DNA of 64,000 bases, taken from assembly GCF_036402235.1 (NCBI RefSeq), contig NZ_DASWTG010000041.1:2381-66380 (forward strand), in the 5' to 3' direction. Shown in pieces: positions 17,734 to 26,161 of the stretch (positions within the stretch are counted from its first letter, which is position 1; each line of letters begins with the position of its first letter). This DNA comes from Sphingomonas sp. Its GTDB lineage: Bacteria; Pseudomonadota; Alphaproteobacteria; Sphingomonadales; Sphingomonadaceae. The position numbers and the translations under genes are program-made. Under the pieces are notes generated by a model. The model was not told the DNA's origin. It was given only the letters and a program-made list of their open reading frames with translations, and ran no database searches.

Positions 17734-18210
17734 TCACGTCAGGCGTTCGAGCGTGACGAAGCTGTGCGCGGGGCGGCCTTCCTCGGCGGGACGATCCTCG
17801 CGCGCGGTCTCGCGCCATTCGGGGCCGAAGGGCGGGACGACGGCGTCACCTGCGGGCGACACATGCACCTCGGTCAGCTCGATCCGCTCCGCACGGTCGA
17901 GGAACAGCGCGAAGATCTCCGCGCCGCCGATCACCGCGACGTCGCCATCTCCCGCAAGGCGCAGCGCCGCCTCGACCGAGCTCGCCACCTCCGCCCCCTC
18001 GCGCTGCCACGACGGATCGCGGGTCAGCACGATGTGGCGGCGGCCGGGCAGCGGCGAGGGAAAGCTCTCGAACGTCTTGCGGCCCATGACCATTGGCTTG
18101 CCCATGGTCTGCGCCTTGAAGCGCTTGAGGTCGGCGGGCAGGTGCCAGGGCAGCTTGCCGTCAACCCCGATCACGCCGTTGTCGGCTCGCGCGAGATGGA
18201 AGCTGATCAG
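17734..18210 (-). CDS. folA: Dihydrofolate reductase, apparent CTG start
   Basis: (L/M)[58 protein letters not shown]. The ORF track starts at GTG 18174, but homology extends to CTG 18210. Confidence 0.93.
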   Translation of the reverse strand: MISFHLARADNGVIGVDGKLPWHLPADLKRFKAQTMGKPMVMGRKTFESFPSPLPGRRHIVLTRDPSWQREGAEVASSVEAALRLAGDGDVAVIGGAEIFALFLDRAERIELTEVHVSPAGDAVVPPFGPEWRETAREDRPAEEGRPAHSFVTLERLT

Positions 18211-19001
18211 ACCGCGACCTCGGCCTTGATGTGCGGCTGGGCGACATAGTCGTGGAGGACGAAATCCTCATATTCGTAGGCGTCGATCGAGGTCGGCTTG
18301 CGCAGGATCTCCAGCCGCGGGAGCGGGCCGGGGGCGCGGGAGAGCTGCAGCTCGGCCTGCTCGAGATGGTTGGAATAGAGGTGGCAGTCGCCGCCGGTCC
18401 AGATGAACTCGCCCGGCTCGAGATCGCATTGCTGCGCGAGCATGTGGGTGAGCAACGCGTAGCTGGCGATGTTGAACGGCACGCCGAGGAAGATATCGGC
18501 CGAGCGCTGGTAGAGCTGGAGCGAGAGCTTGCCGCCCGCGACATGGCACTGGAACAGGCAATGGCACGGCGCCAGCGCCATCGCGCCCAGCTCACCCGGG
18601 TTCCACGCCGACACGATCATGCGGCGCGAGGCGGGATTGGTCTTGAGCTGTTCGATCAGCCCCTTGATCTGATCGATATGGCTGCCGTCGGGCGCCTGCC
18701 AGTCGCGCCACTGCTTGCCATAGACCGGACCGAGATCGCCTGCGTCATCGGCCCATTCGTCCCAGATGCTGACCTTGCGCTCCTGCAGCCACTTCACATT
18801 GGTGTCGCCGCGCAGGAACCACAGCAGCTCGACGATGATCGAGCGCAGATGCAGCTTCTTGGTGGTGAGGACCGGGAAGCCTTCGGACAGATCGAAGCGC
18901 ATCTGGTGGCCGAACACGCTGCGCGTGCCGACGCCGGTGCGGTCCATCTGCACCGCGCCATGGGCCAATGCCCGCTCCATGAGATCGAGATACTGCCGCA
19001 T
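18207..19001 (-). CDS. thyA: Thymidylate synthase
   Basis: [41 protein letters not shown]. Confidence 0.98.
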   Translation of the reverse strand: MRQYLDLMERALAHGAVQMDRTGVGTRSVFGHQMRFDLSEGFPVLTTKKLHLRSIIVELLWFLRGDTNVKWLQERKVSIWDEWADDAGDLGPVYGKQWRDWQAPDGSHIDQIKGLIEQLKTNPASRRMIVSAWNPGELGAMALAPCHCLFQCHVAGGKLSLQLYQRSADIFLGVPFNIASYALLTHMLAQQCDLEPGEFIWTGGDCHLYSNHLEQAELQLSRAPGPLPRLEILRKPTSIDAYEYEDFVLHDYVAQPHIKAEVAV

Positions 19002-19170
19002 CGCTTGAGCCTAGCCGAGCGGTGATGCGCCGCCAAGCATGGGCGCGGGCCAAGCTGTGGATCGTCTTGCATCCGATATGGAGCAAAGTGCTCCGTCAAC
19101 CGAGTCAGACTGGTCCGTCGCGGAGACGCCTCGGCTCGACGGATTCCGCGGGTTCCGGAACGATGGCGTC

Positions 19171-19569
19171 ATGGCGTTGCAAGCGTCTCTCCCATCCCCC
19201 GGTACGCCGTTCGAAGCGATCGGCAGGCTTGTCGCGGACAGCGTCGCCGGGGAAAGGGTGGAGGTGGCCGCCTTCGCCTATTGCGACGATGCCGGGCGCA
19301 TGCTCGGTATCCGCCACGCCCGCAGCGACGCGGCGGACGCGGTCGATCTGCCGGTGCGGCGGGTTGCGATCGATGCGCTCAGCCTCGACGCGGCGGTGGT
19401 GGTGATGGCGCACAACCATCCCCGCGGCGAAGCCTGGCCGAGCCAGGCGGATCGCGAAGCGACGCGGCGGCTGGCCGATGCGCTGCGCACGCTCGGCGTG
19501 CGGCTGCACGAGCATCTGGTGGTGGGCGCGGGCGAGGCGTGGAGCTTCCGCGCGGCGGGGTTGCTTTAA
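19171..19569 (+). CDS. Stand-alone RadC-like JAB/MPN domain protein (start uncertain: 19039/19078/19171)
   Basis: MAHNHPRGEAWPSQAD...LHEHLVVG matches the RadC JAB HxH-x10-D motif; no HhH domain. Confidence 0.8.
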   Translation: MALQASLPSPGTPFEAIGRLVADSVAGERVEVAAFAYCDDAGRMLGIRHARSDAADAVDLPVRRVAIDALSLDAAVVVMAHNHPRGEAWPSQADREATRRLADALRTLGVRLHEHLVVGAGEAWSFRAAGLL

Positions 19570-19579
19570 AGCACAAATT

Positions 19580-19705
19580 AATCCTCCCCCGCCAGGTGGG
19601 GAGGTGTCAGCAAGGCTGACGGAGGGGGCGGATGCCAGACCGCCAGCGGTGCGCGTCCTCCCCCTCCGTCGCCTTCGGCGCCACCTTCCCCTGGCGGGGA
19701 GGATT
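19580..19705. repeat. CIR/MITE-like element, copy 2
   Basis: AATCCTCCCC...GGGGAGGATT terminal inverted repeats with internal hairpins. Confidence 0.88.
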
Positions 19706-19710
19706 GGATC

Positions 19711-20490
19711 TTATTCGTCAGTGGTCGATTTGGGCTTGGGAGCGCCGGCCTTCTTCGGCGCGGGGCTGAAACGGCAGGCGCGAATGGCTTCGGGCTCGGG
19801 GCGCGGACCCTCCGCCTTGAAGGTGGCGAGGTAGCCGCCGGCCGAGGGCATGTCGCGCATCGTGACCAGTTTGTAGCCGACCGCGGCGAACTCGCATTTG
19901 AGCAGCTCGGGCGGGGTGCCGTGGTTCTGCGTCTCGCGATCGGCATCGACCACCACGACAAGGCCGTCGGGGCGCAGCGAGGGGCGCATGCGCCACAGGA
20001 ACTCGTACGGCGCCTCGATCTCATGGTACATGTGAACCATCAGGATTCGGTCAAAGCTGTTGCCCGGCAGCTTGGGGTCTTCGGACTCGCCCAGGCGCAC
20101 GCTGACATTGTCGAGCCGCTCGCGCGACACGCGCTGGGCGAGTCCCTCGACCACCCCGGGAATGATGTCCTCGGCGAGCACCCGGCCCTTCTTCCCGACG
20201 CGCTGGGCGAGGCGGATCGTGTAATAGCCCTCGCCCGCGCCGATATCGGCGACGGTGGTGCCGGGCCTGATCTCGGCCAGGTCCATCACCGTATCGGCTT
20301 CGTTCAGGCGGTCGCGCGCTTCCTCGGTCGACCAGCGGGCGGAGACGATCGTCGCGACCGGACGGTCGGCGGCGGGGAAATTGAGTTCCTCTTCCGGCTC
20401 GGGCTTGGGCGTCGGGCGCGGCTGCGTGGCGTCGCACCCTGCGATGGCAAGGGCACCCAGCAACAGCAGCGAGGCGCCCCTTGGCCTCAA
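19711..20490 (-). CDS. Class I SAM-dependent methyltransferase with lipoprotein signal
   Basis: LAIAGC lipobox; VADIGAGEGYY motif I; HMYHEI; TTGA overlap with the prfB stop. Confidence 0.82.
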   Translation of the reverse strand: MRPRGASLLLLGALAIAGCDATQPRPTPKPEPEEELNFPAADRPVATIVSARWSTEEARDRLNEADTVMDLAEIRPGTTVADIGAGEGYYTIRLAQRVGKKGRVLAEDIIPGVVEGLAQRVSRERLDNVSVRLGESEDPKLPGNSFDRILMVHMYHEIEAPYEFLWRMRPSLRPDGLVVVVDADRETQNHGTPPELLKCEFAAVGYKLVTMRDMPSAGGYLATFKAEGPRPEPEAIRACRFSPAPKKAGAPKPKSTTDE

Positions 20491-21614
20491 TCCACGTCCT
20501 CCACCTCGACCGTCTCGCCGGTCACGCGCTGTGATAGCGCAGCTGCCATGAACGGGTCGAGTGCCCCGTCGAGCACATCTGCGGGCGCGGTGGAAGTGGT
20601 TCCGGTGCGCAGGTCCTTCACCAGCTGATAGGGCTGGAGGACGTAGGAGCGGATCTGGTGGCCCCAGCCGATCTCGGTCTTGGCGCTGTACTCGCCCATC
20701 GCCGCGGCCTCGCGCTTGGCGAGCTCAGCCTCGTAGAGGCGGGCCTTGAGCATCCCCATCGCGGTCGCGCGGTTCTTGTGCTGCGAACGGTCCTGCTGGC
20801 TCGCGACGATGATGCCGGAGGGAACGTGGGTGATGCGCACCGCCGAATCGGTGGTGTTGACGTGCTGGCCACCGGCACCGGAAGCCCGGTAGGTGTCGAT
20901 CTTGAGGTCGCTCTCGTTGATCTCGATGTCGATCGAATCGTCGATCACCGGATAGACCCAGACCGACGAGAAGCTGGTGTGGCGGCGCGCCGAGCTGTCG
21001 TAGGGCGAGATGCGGACCAGGCGGTGCACGCCGCTCTCGGTCTTGGCATAGCCATAGGCGTTCTCGCCTTTGATCAGCAGCGTCGCGGACTTGATCCCGG
21101 CCTGCTCGCCGGCGTGATAGTCCATCAGCTCGACCTTGAAGCCGTGGCGTTCGGCCCAGCGCGTGTACATGCGCTGGAGCATCTCGGCCCAGTCCTGGCT
21201 CTCGGTGCCGCCGGCGCCCGAATGGACCTCGAGATAGGTGTCGTTGGCGTCGGCCTCGCCCGAGAGCAGCGCCTTGACCTTGTCCTGTTCGGCCCGCTCG
21301 GCGAGCGCGGCGAGCGCCTGCGTGCCCTCGACCGCCATCGCCTCGTCGCCCTCGGCCTCGGCCATCTCGATCAGCTCGGACGTGTCGGCAAGCTCGCGCT
21401 CGATCGCGCGCGTCGCGGCGATCGATTCGTCGAGCCGGCGGCGCTCGCGCATCACGTCCTGCGCTTCCCTGGGATTCTCCCACAAGGTCGGGTCCTCGAC
21501 GCGCGCATTGAGCTCGTCGAGCCGGCGCAGCGCCTTGTCCCAGTCGAGGAAGCGGCGCAGCAGCGCGAGCGCTTCGTTGATCTTGTCGGCATGTGCCTGC
21601 GCTTCGGCGCGCAT
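20487..21614 (-). CDS. prfB: Peptide chain release factor 2 (no internal frameshift)
   Basis: GAGGTE, RISPY, GAGGQHVN; continuous ORF through RRFLDWD. Confidence 0.97.
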   Translation of the reverse strand: MRAEAQAHADKINEALALLRRFLDWDKALRRLDELNARVEDPTLWENPREAQDVMRERRRLDESIAATRAIERELADTSELIEMAEAEGDEAMAVEGTQALAALAERAEQDKVKALLSGEADANDTYLEVHSGAGGTESQDWAEMLQRMYTRWAERHGFKVELMDYHAGEQAGIKSATLLIKGENAYGYAKTESGVHRLVRISPYDSSARRHTSFSSVWVYPVIDDSIDIEINESDLKIDTYRASGAGGQHVNTTDSAVRITHVPSGIIVASQQDRSQHKNRATAMGMLKARLYEAELAKREAAAMGEYSAKTEIGWGHQIRSYVLQPYQLVKDLRTGTTSTAPADVLDGALDPFMAAALSQRVTGETVEVEDVD

Positions 21615-21639
21615 CGTATCGAACCTTTCAAAACTTGGC

Positions 21640-21720
21640 CGTCATCCCAGCGAAAGCTGGGATCTCAAGCCGCAAGCGAGCGGCCTGAGGCACGAGGCCC
21701 CAGCTTTCGCTGGGGCGACG
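21640..21720. repeat. CGTC-tagged REP doublet (cccagcgaaagctggg subtype)
   Basis: cgtcatcccagcgaaagctgggatctc...gaggccccagctttcgctggggcgacg. Confidence 0.92.
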
Positions 21721-21737
21721 CAGATTAAAAACGCCCG

Positions 21738-24248
21738 CTAGTAGATTCCGCCCTCGCGTTGCAAGAAGTCGCTGTCGCGCGGGCCTTCGCGGCGCACCGC
21801 CTTCTTGGTCGCCTCGGCCTTGGGCGCGGCCTCTTCCTCGCTGCGGCGGGCGCGGCGGCGCGGCTCGCTCTCGGGCTTGAACGCCTCCCAGATCACCCCC
21901 GCCTTGGGATCGGTGCCCGGCCAGGCGCCATAGACGCGGCGTCCGCTGGCGCGGTCGATGCGGACCATGCGGATGCCGGCTGGCGCGGTGAAGGGCAGCA
22001 CATCGAGCCCCTCATAGGCCTTTTGCGCGAACTGCTTGAAGATCGGCGCGGCCAGCGTGCCGCCCTGCGCATAGCCGCCCAGGTTGGTGGGCGTGTCGTA
22101 GCCGATATAGACGCCGGCGATCATCTGCGGCGTGCCGCCGATGAACCACACGTCGCGCGGGCCGTTCGAGGTGCCGGTCTTGCCCATGATCGGGCGGTTC
22201 AAGTCGCGCAGGATCGTCGCGGTGCCGCGCTGGATCACGCCTTCGGTGATGTGGACCATCTGATAGGCGCTCATCGCGTCGATCACCTGGCGCGAGCGGA
22301 TGACGGGGCGCGGCATCGGCTTGCCATCCCAGTCGGGCATGTTGCAGCGGTCGCACGCGCGCCAGTTCTGCGGCCAGATCACCTTGCCGTGGCGGTCCTG
22401 CGCGAAGTCGATCAGCGAGGGGGTCAGCGCGCGGCCGTGATTGACCAGGATCGAATAGGCGTTGACCATCCGCATCACGGTCGTCTCGCCCGCGCCGAGG
22501 GAATAGGAGAGGTAGGGCGGATATTTCTGCGCGCTGACGCCCATGCGCTGCATCAGATCGACCACCTTCTCCATGCCGGTGGCGTTCGCCGCCTGCACGG
22601 TCATCAGGTTGCGCGACTGCTCGATGCCCCAGCGCATCGTCTTGGGCCCCGCGCCGCGCGTGCCGCCGAAGTTGCGGAAGCATTTCTGGCCGAGCGCGGC
22701 GCCCTGATAGACGCAGAACGGCCCGTCGACGATGATCGAGGCGGGGGTCATCCCGTTCTCGAGCGCAGCGGCGTAGACGATCGGCTTGATCGTCGAGCCC
22801 GGCTGGCGCTGCGCCTGGGTCGCGCGGTTGAATGCCTGCACCGTGGCGTCGAACCCGCCCTGCATGGCAAGGACGCGGCCGGTATTGGGGTCCTGAACGA
22901 CCATGCCGCCCGAAACCTTGGGGATCGAGCGCAGCGCGAATACGCCACCCTCGGGCGCGACTGCGATCACGTCGCCGCGCTTCAGCGCATTGAACGCCGC
23001 GCCGCCCTGGCCGCGCACCGGCATCTGCGCGCCGGACGCGGGGAGCGTGCCGGTGCGCCCGTCACCGAAGCCGATCTCGGCGCTGCCGCCGCTCTTGGAG
23101 ATGACGATCGCGGGGCGCCAGTCCTCGTAATCGAGGTTGATGTTGGTATTGAGCAGTGCCGCGCGCCAATTGTCGCCCTCGAACGCCACTTCACGCATCG
23201 GGCCGGACCAGCCGCGGCCGCGATCATAGCGCAGCAGGCCGTCGCGCAGTGCCTTTTGCGCCGCCTTCTGGATCTCGGGATCGAACGAAGTGCGAACCCA
23301 CAGGCCGCCGGCATAGACGCTGTAGGGGCCGGCCTTCTCGGTTTCGCCGAAGCGATCGAGCAGCAGACGACGAACTTCCTCGATGAAATAGCCGCCGAGC
23401 GGGTCGGTGCTGGGCGACTTGCGCGGCACCGCACCGAGCGGTGCGGCGACGGCCTCGTCATGCGCGGCCTGATCGATATAGCCGTTCGCCAGCATCTGCC
23501 CGAGCACCCAGTTGCGCCGCTCGATCGCGCGGTCGGCATGCCGCTCGGGCATATAGTTGGAGGGACCCTTGGGCAGGATCGCGAGATAGGCGAATTGCGG
23601 GAGGGTCAGCTGCGAGAGGTCGCGGTCGAAATAGGCGTGCGCCGCCGCCTCGACCCCGAAGGCGTTGCGGCCCAATGCGATCTGGTTGAGGTAGAGCTCG
23701 AGGATCTGCTCCTTGCTCAACGTATTCTCGATGCGGAAGGCGAGGATCGCCTCGCGCGCCTTGCGGACGTAGCTGACCTCGTTGTTGAGCAGCAGGTTCT
23801 TGGCGACCTGCTGGGTGATGGTCGAGGTGCCGCGCGGCGTCTCGCCGCTGGTCAGCCCCTGCCATGCCGCGCGGACCAGGCCGGGATAGTCGACGCCGCC
23901 ATGGTCGAAGAAGGTCTTGTCCTCCGCCGACAGGAACGCGCCGACCAGCAGCTTGGGATATTCGTCATAGGACAGCTCGACGCGGCGCTCGCGCGCATAG
24001 CTGCGCAGCGGCGTGCCGTCGCCCTGACGGACATTGGTGGGCAAGGGCGGCTCATAGGCGCGCAGCATGTCGACTGAGGGCAGATCGCGCAGGAACAGCG
24101 CCCACAGCAGCACGGTGCCGACGCCCGAGAGCAGCGCCAGCCAGGCGAGCACGCGGAACCACCAGCGCTGGCGGAGCGCCGCGAACCGGCCTCCGGCATT
24201 CCCGCGCATGAACTTCAGCCTGAAATCGGGTTGGGTCGCTTCCGCCAT
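21738..24248 (-). CDS. mrcA: Class A penicillin-binding protein 1A
   Basis: AEDKTFFDH, STITQQVAKN and RKAREA transglycosylase motifs; QPGSTIK, SRN and KTGT transpeptidase motifs. Confidence 0.93.
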   Translation of the reverse strand: MAEATQPDFRLKFMRGNAGGRFAALRQRWWFRVLAWLALLSGVGTVLLWALFLRDLPSVDMLRAYEPPLPTNVRQGDGTPLRSYARERRVELSYDEYPKLLVGAFLSAEDKTFFDHGGVDYPGLVRAAWQGLTSGETPRGTSTITQQVAKNLLLNNEVSYVRKAREAILAFRIENTLSKEQILELYLNQIALGRNAFGVEAAAHAYFDRDLSQLTLPQFAYLAILPKGPSNYMPERHADRAIERRNWVLGQMLANGYIDQAAHDEAVAAPLGAVPRKSPSTDPLGGYFIEEVRRLLLDRFGETEKAGPYSVYAGGLWVRTSFDPEIQKAAQKALRDGLLRYDRGRGWSGPMREVAFEGDNWRAALLNTNINLDYEDWRPAIVISKSGGSAEIGFGDGRTGTLPASGAQMPVRGQGGAAFNALKRGDVIAVAPEGGVFALRSIPKVSGGMVVQDPNTGRVLAMQGGFDATVQAFNRATQAQRQPGSTIKPIVYAAALENGMTPASIIVDGPFCVYQGAALGQKCFRNFGGTRGAGPKTMRWGIEQSRNLMTVQAANATGMEKVVDLMQRMGVSAQKYPPYLSYSLGAGETTVMRMVNAYSILVNHGRALTPSLIDFAQDRHGKVIWPQNWRACDRCNMPDWDGKPMPRPVIRSRQVIDAMSAYQMVHITEGVIQRGTATILRDLNRPIMGKTGTSNGPRDVWFIGGTPQMIAGVYIGYDTPTNLGGYAQGGTLAAPIFKQFAQKAYEGLDVLPFTAPAGIRMVRIDRASGRRVYGAWPGTDPKAGVIWEAFKPESEPRRRARRSEEEAAPKAEATKKAVRREGPRDSDFLQREGGIY

Positions 24249-24317
24249 CGGGGCGGGGTTTAGCAGGATTGAGCGGGCTTGCCAGCCGGGGATGCGGCGG
24301 GGCGTTCGGGATGAGAA

Positions 24318-24442
24318 AATCCTCCCCCGCCAGGGGGAGGTGGCAGGCGCAGCCTGACGGAGGGGGCGGACGCGATCACGCCCGTCGGGTGTCCTCTCCC
24401 TCCGTCGCCTTCGGCGCCACCTCCCCTTGGCGGGCGAGGATA
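24318..24442. repeat. CIR/MITE-like element, copy 3
   Basis: aatcctcccccgccagggggaggtggca...ccctccgtcgccttcggcgccacctcccc...gaggat; highly similar to copy 2. Confidence 0.88.
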
Positions 24443-24449
24443 TGGGGAT

Positions 24450-25697
24450 CTACCGCGCCGCCATCCGGGTCGCGAAATGGATCGCCACCGCGCGGCTTAC
24501 GCTCTCCGCCACGCGGCGGCGGCCATCTGCCGAATTGAGGAAGGCGGCGTCCTTGGCGTTGGAGATATAGCCGGTCTCGAACAGGATCGACGGCACGTCG
24601 GGCGCCTTGAGCACCAGCAGCGATGCCATGCGGTGGTAATTGTCCTTGACCGGCATCAGTCCCTGCGCCTCGCGCCCCAGCAGGCGGGCGAACTTGGCGG
24701 AAGCGTTCATCGTCTCGCGCTGCGTGAGGTCGATCAGGATCGAGGAGACCTCGCGATTCTGGCCGGCAAGGTCGAAGCCGGAGAGCAGGTCGGACTTGTT
24801 CTCGCGCGCGGCGAGGCGTGCGGCCTCCTTGTCGGAAGCGACCTCGGACAGAGTGTAGACGGTCGCGCCGCTCGCCTCCGCATTGTGCGCGGCGTCGCAA
24901 TGGACCGAGATGAACAGCGCGGCGCCCAGCTTGCGCGCGATCTCGAACCGGTCGCGGTGGAGGAGGTAGCGATCGTCCTCACGCGTCATCGCGACCCGGA
25001 CGCGGCCCGACGACAGCAGTTCGTCACGGATGGCGCGCGCGGTCTTGAGCGTCAGGTCCTTCTCCTGCAGCCCTTCGGCCGAGATCGCGCCGGGGTCGTG
25101 CCCGCCATGACCGGCGTCGATCACCACCAGCGGGCGGCTGTCGTCGCTGCCCTGGATCCGCGGCAGCTTGAATGCGGCGGCGCGCGCGGGCACGGGCACC
25201 GAGACGCTGTAGCTGTGGCGGCTCGACGCCCGAGTGAAGCTGAACGGAGGCAGGAAGCTCATCCGCCCCTCGGCGGCAGCACGGGCGAAGCGCGAATCAT
25301 CGACCGTGCGCAGCTCTAGCGTGAGTGCGGTGCCGTCGGCGGAGAAGCGGCCCTCCGTCACGATCGCGGGGCGGGCGAGGTCGAACACCACGCGCGAGCC
25401 GTCGCCGCGCGATGCCTGGCGCACGCTGCTGACCGGACCGCCGGCCTCGGCGCGCGCGCCCGGCATCGCGCCCGTCAGGTCGAGCGCGATGCGATTGGGA
25501 CCCGCGAGCACGAAGCTGCTCGCCGCCGCCACCCGCTCATCGAAGCGGATGACGATGCGGTTCGACTGGACGTCGATATCGCGGATCGTGCCTGCCCAAC
25601 TCGGCGCGCCGCTGAGCCAGCCGGCGAGGAGGGCGAGGAAGAAGGACACCCGGGCGATATGCCGCGCCGGGCTGGGGGGGGTCCAGCCCAAAAGCAT
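24450..25697 (-). CDS. amiC: N-acetylmuramoyl-L-alanine amidase with AMIN domain
   Basis: VIDAGHGGHDPGA, EKDLTL, SVHCD and ILFETGYISN amidase_3 motifs. Confidence 0.88.
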   Translation of the reverse strand: MLLGWTPPSPARHIARVSFFLALLAGWLSGAPSWAGTIRDIDVQSNRIVIRFDERVAAASSFVLAGPNRIALDLTGAMPGARAEAGGPVSSVRQASRGDGSRVVFDLARPAIVTEGRFSADGTALTLELRTVDDSRFARAAAEGRMSFLPPFSFTRASSRHSYSVSVPVPARAAAFKLPRIQGSDDSRPLVVIDAGHGGHDPGAISAEGLQEKDLTLKTARAIRDELLSSGRVRVAMTREDDRYLLHRDRFEIARKLGAALFISVHCDAAHNAEASGATVYTLSEVASDKEAARLAARENKSDLLSGFDLAGQNREVSSILIDLTQRETMNASAKFARLLGREAQGLMPVKDNYHRMASLLVLKAPDVPSILFETGYISNAKDAAFLNSADGRRRVAESVSRAVAIHFATRMAAR

Positions 25698-26161
25698 GCA
25701 CTTTACTCACATGATCAATTCCCTGACCCGAGCGGGACTAGGGCGCTGCGCCTTCAAACAGGGTGAAGCAACGCGGTTAATCGACAATTCGGCATGTTTT
25801 TGCCGAAATGGGTGGCAAGGCCTTGCCGGTCGGCGCGCGGCGGGCTGATCCGTTGCGCGCCCGGTTGCAGGGTGCTACGCATCGCCCGACCGGCTTGTGC
25901 CGGCCGTTCGCCGCCACCCTGTTTCGGCGGTAATTCAGGTTGATGCTGTGATGTCGCAATTTCCCCGTCGCTCCGATCGCCAGGCCCCTGCGGCCGGCCG
26001 GTGTGCGACGGCGGAGCATCCGGGCCGCGGGCTCGGACGTGCGCCCACAGCAGACGCAAATCTTCAAACCAGTTTCGACCGCGCCGCCCTGGGCAGCGCG
26101 GTCGGCATCATTGACCGCGTGCCGCGGCTGACAACCGCTCGGCGCGCCCGGAGAACAATAA
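25698..26161. promoter_or_regulatory. Long divergent intergenic region, probable rne promoter and structured 5' leader
   Basis: About 460 bp with no credible CDS; hairpin ttcggcatgttttgccgaa. Long rne leaders are known in other proteobacteria. Confidence 0.45.

Noticed and set aside
25698-26161. Distinct ncRNA or riboswitch upstream of rne
   Set aside because: No recognisable family motif by eye; a covariance-model search would be needed.
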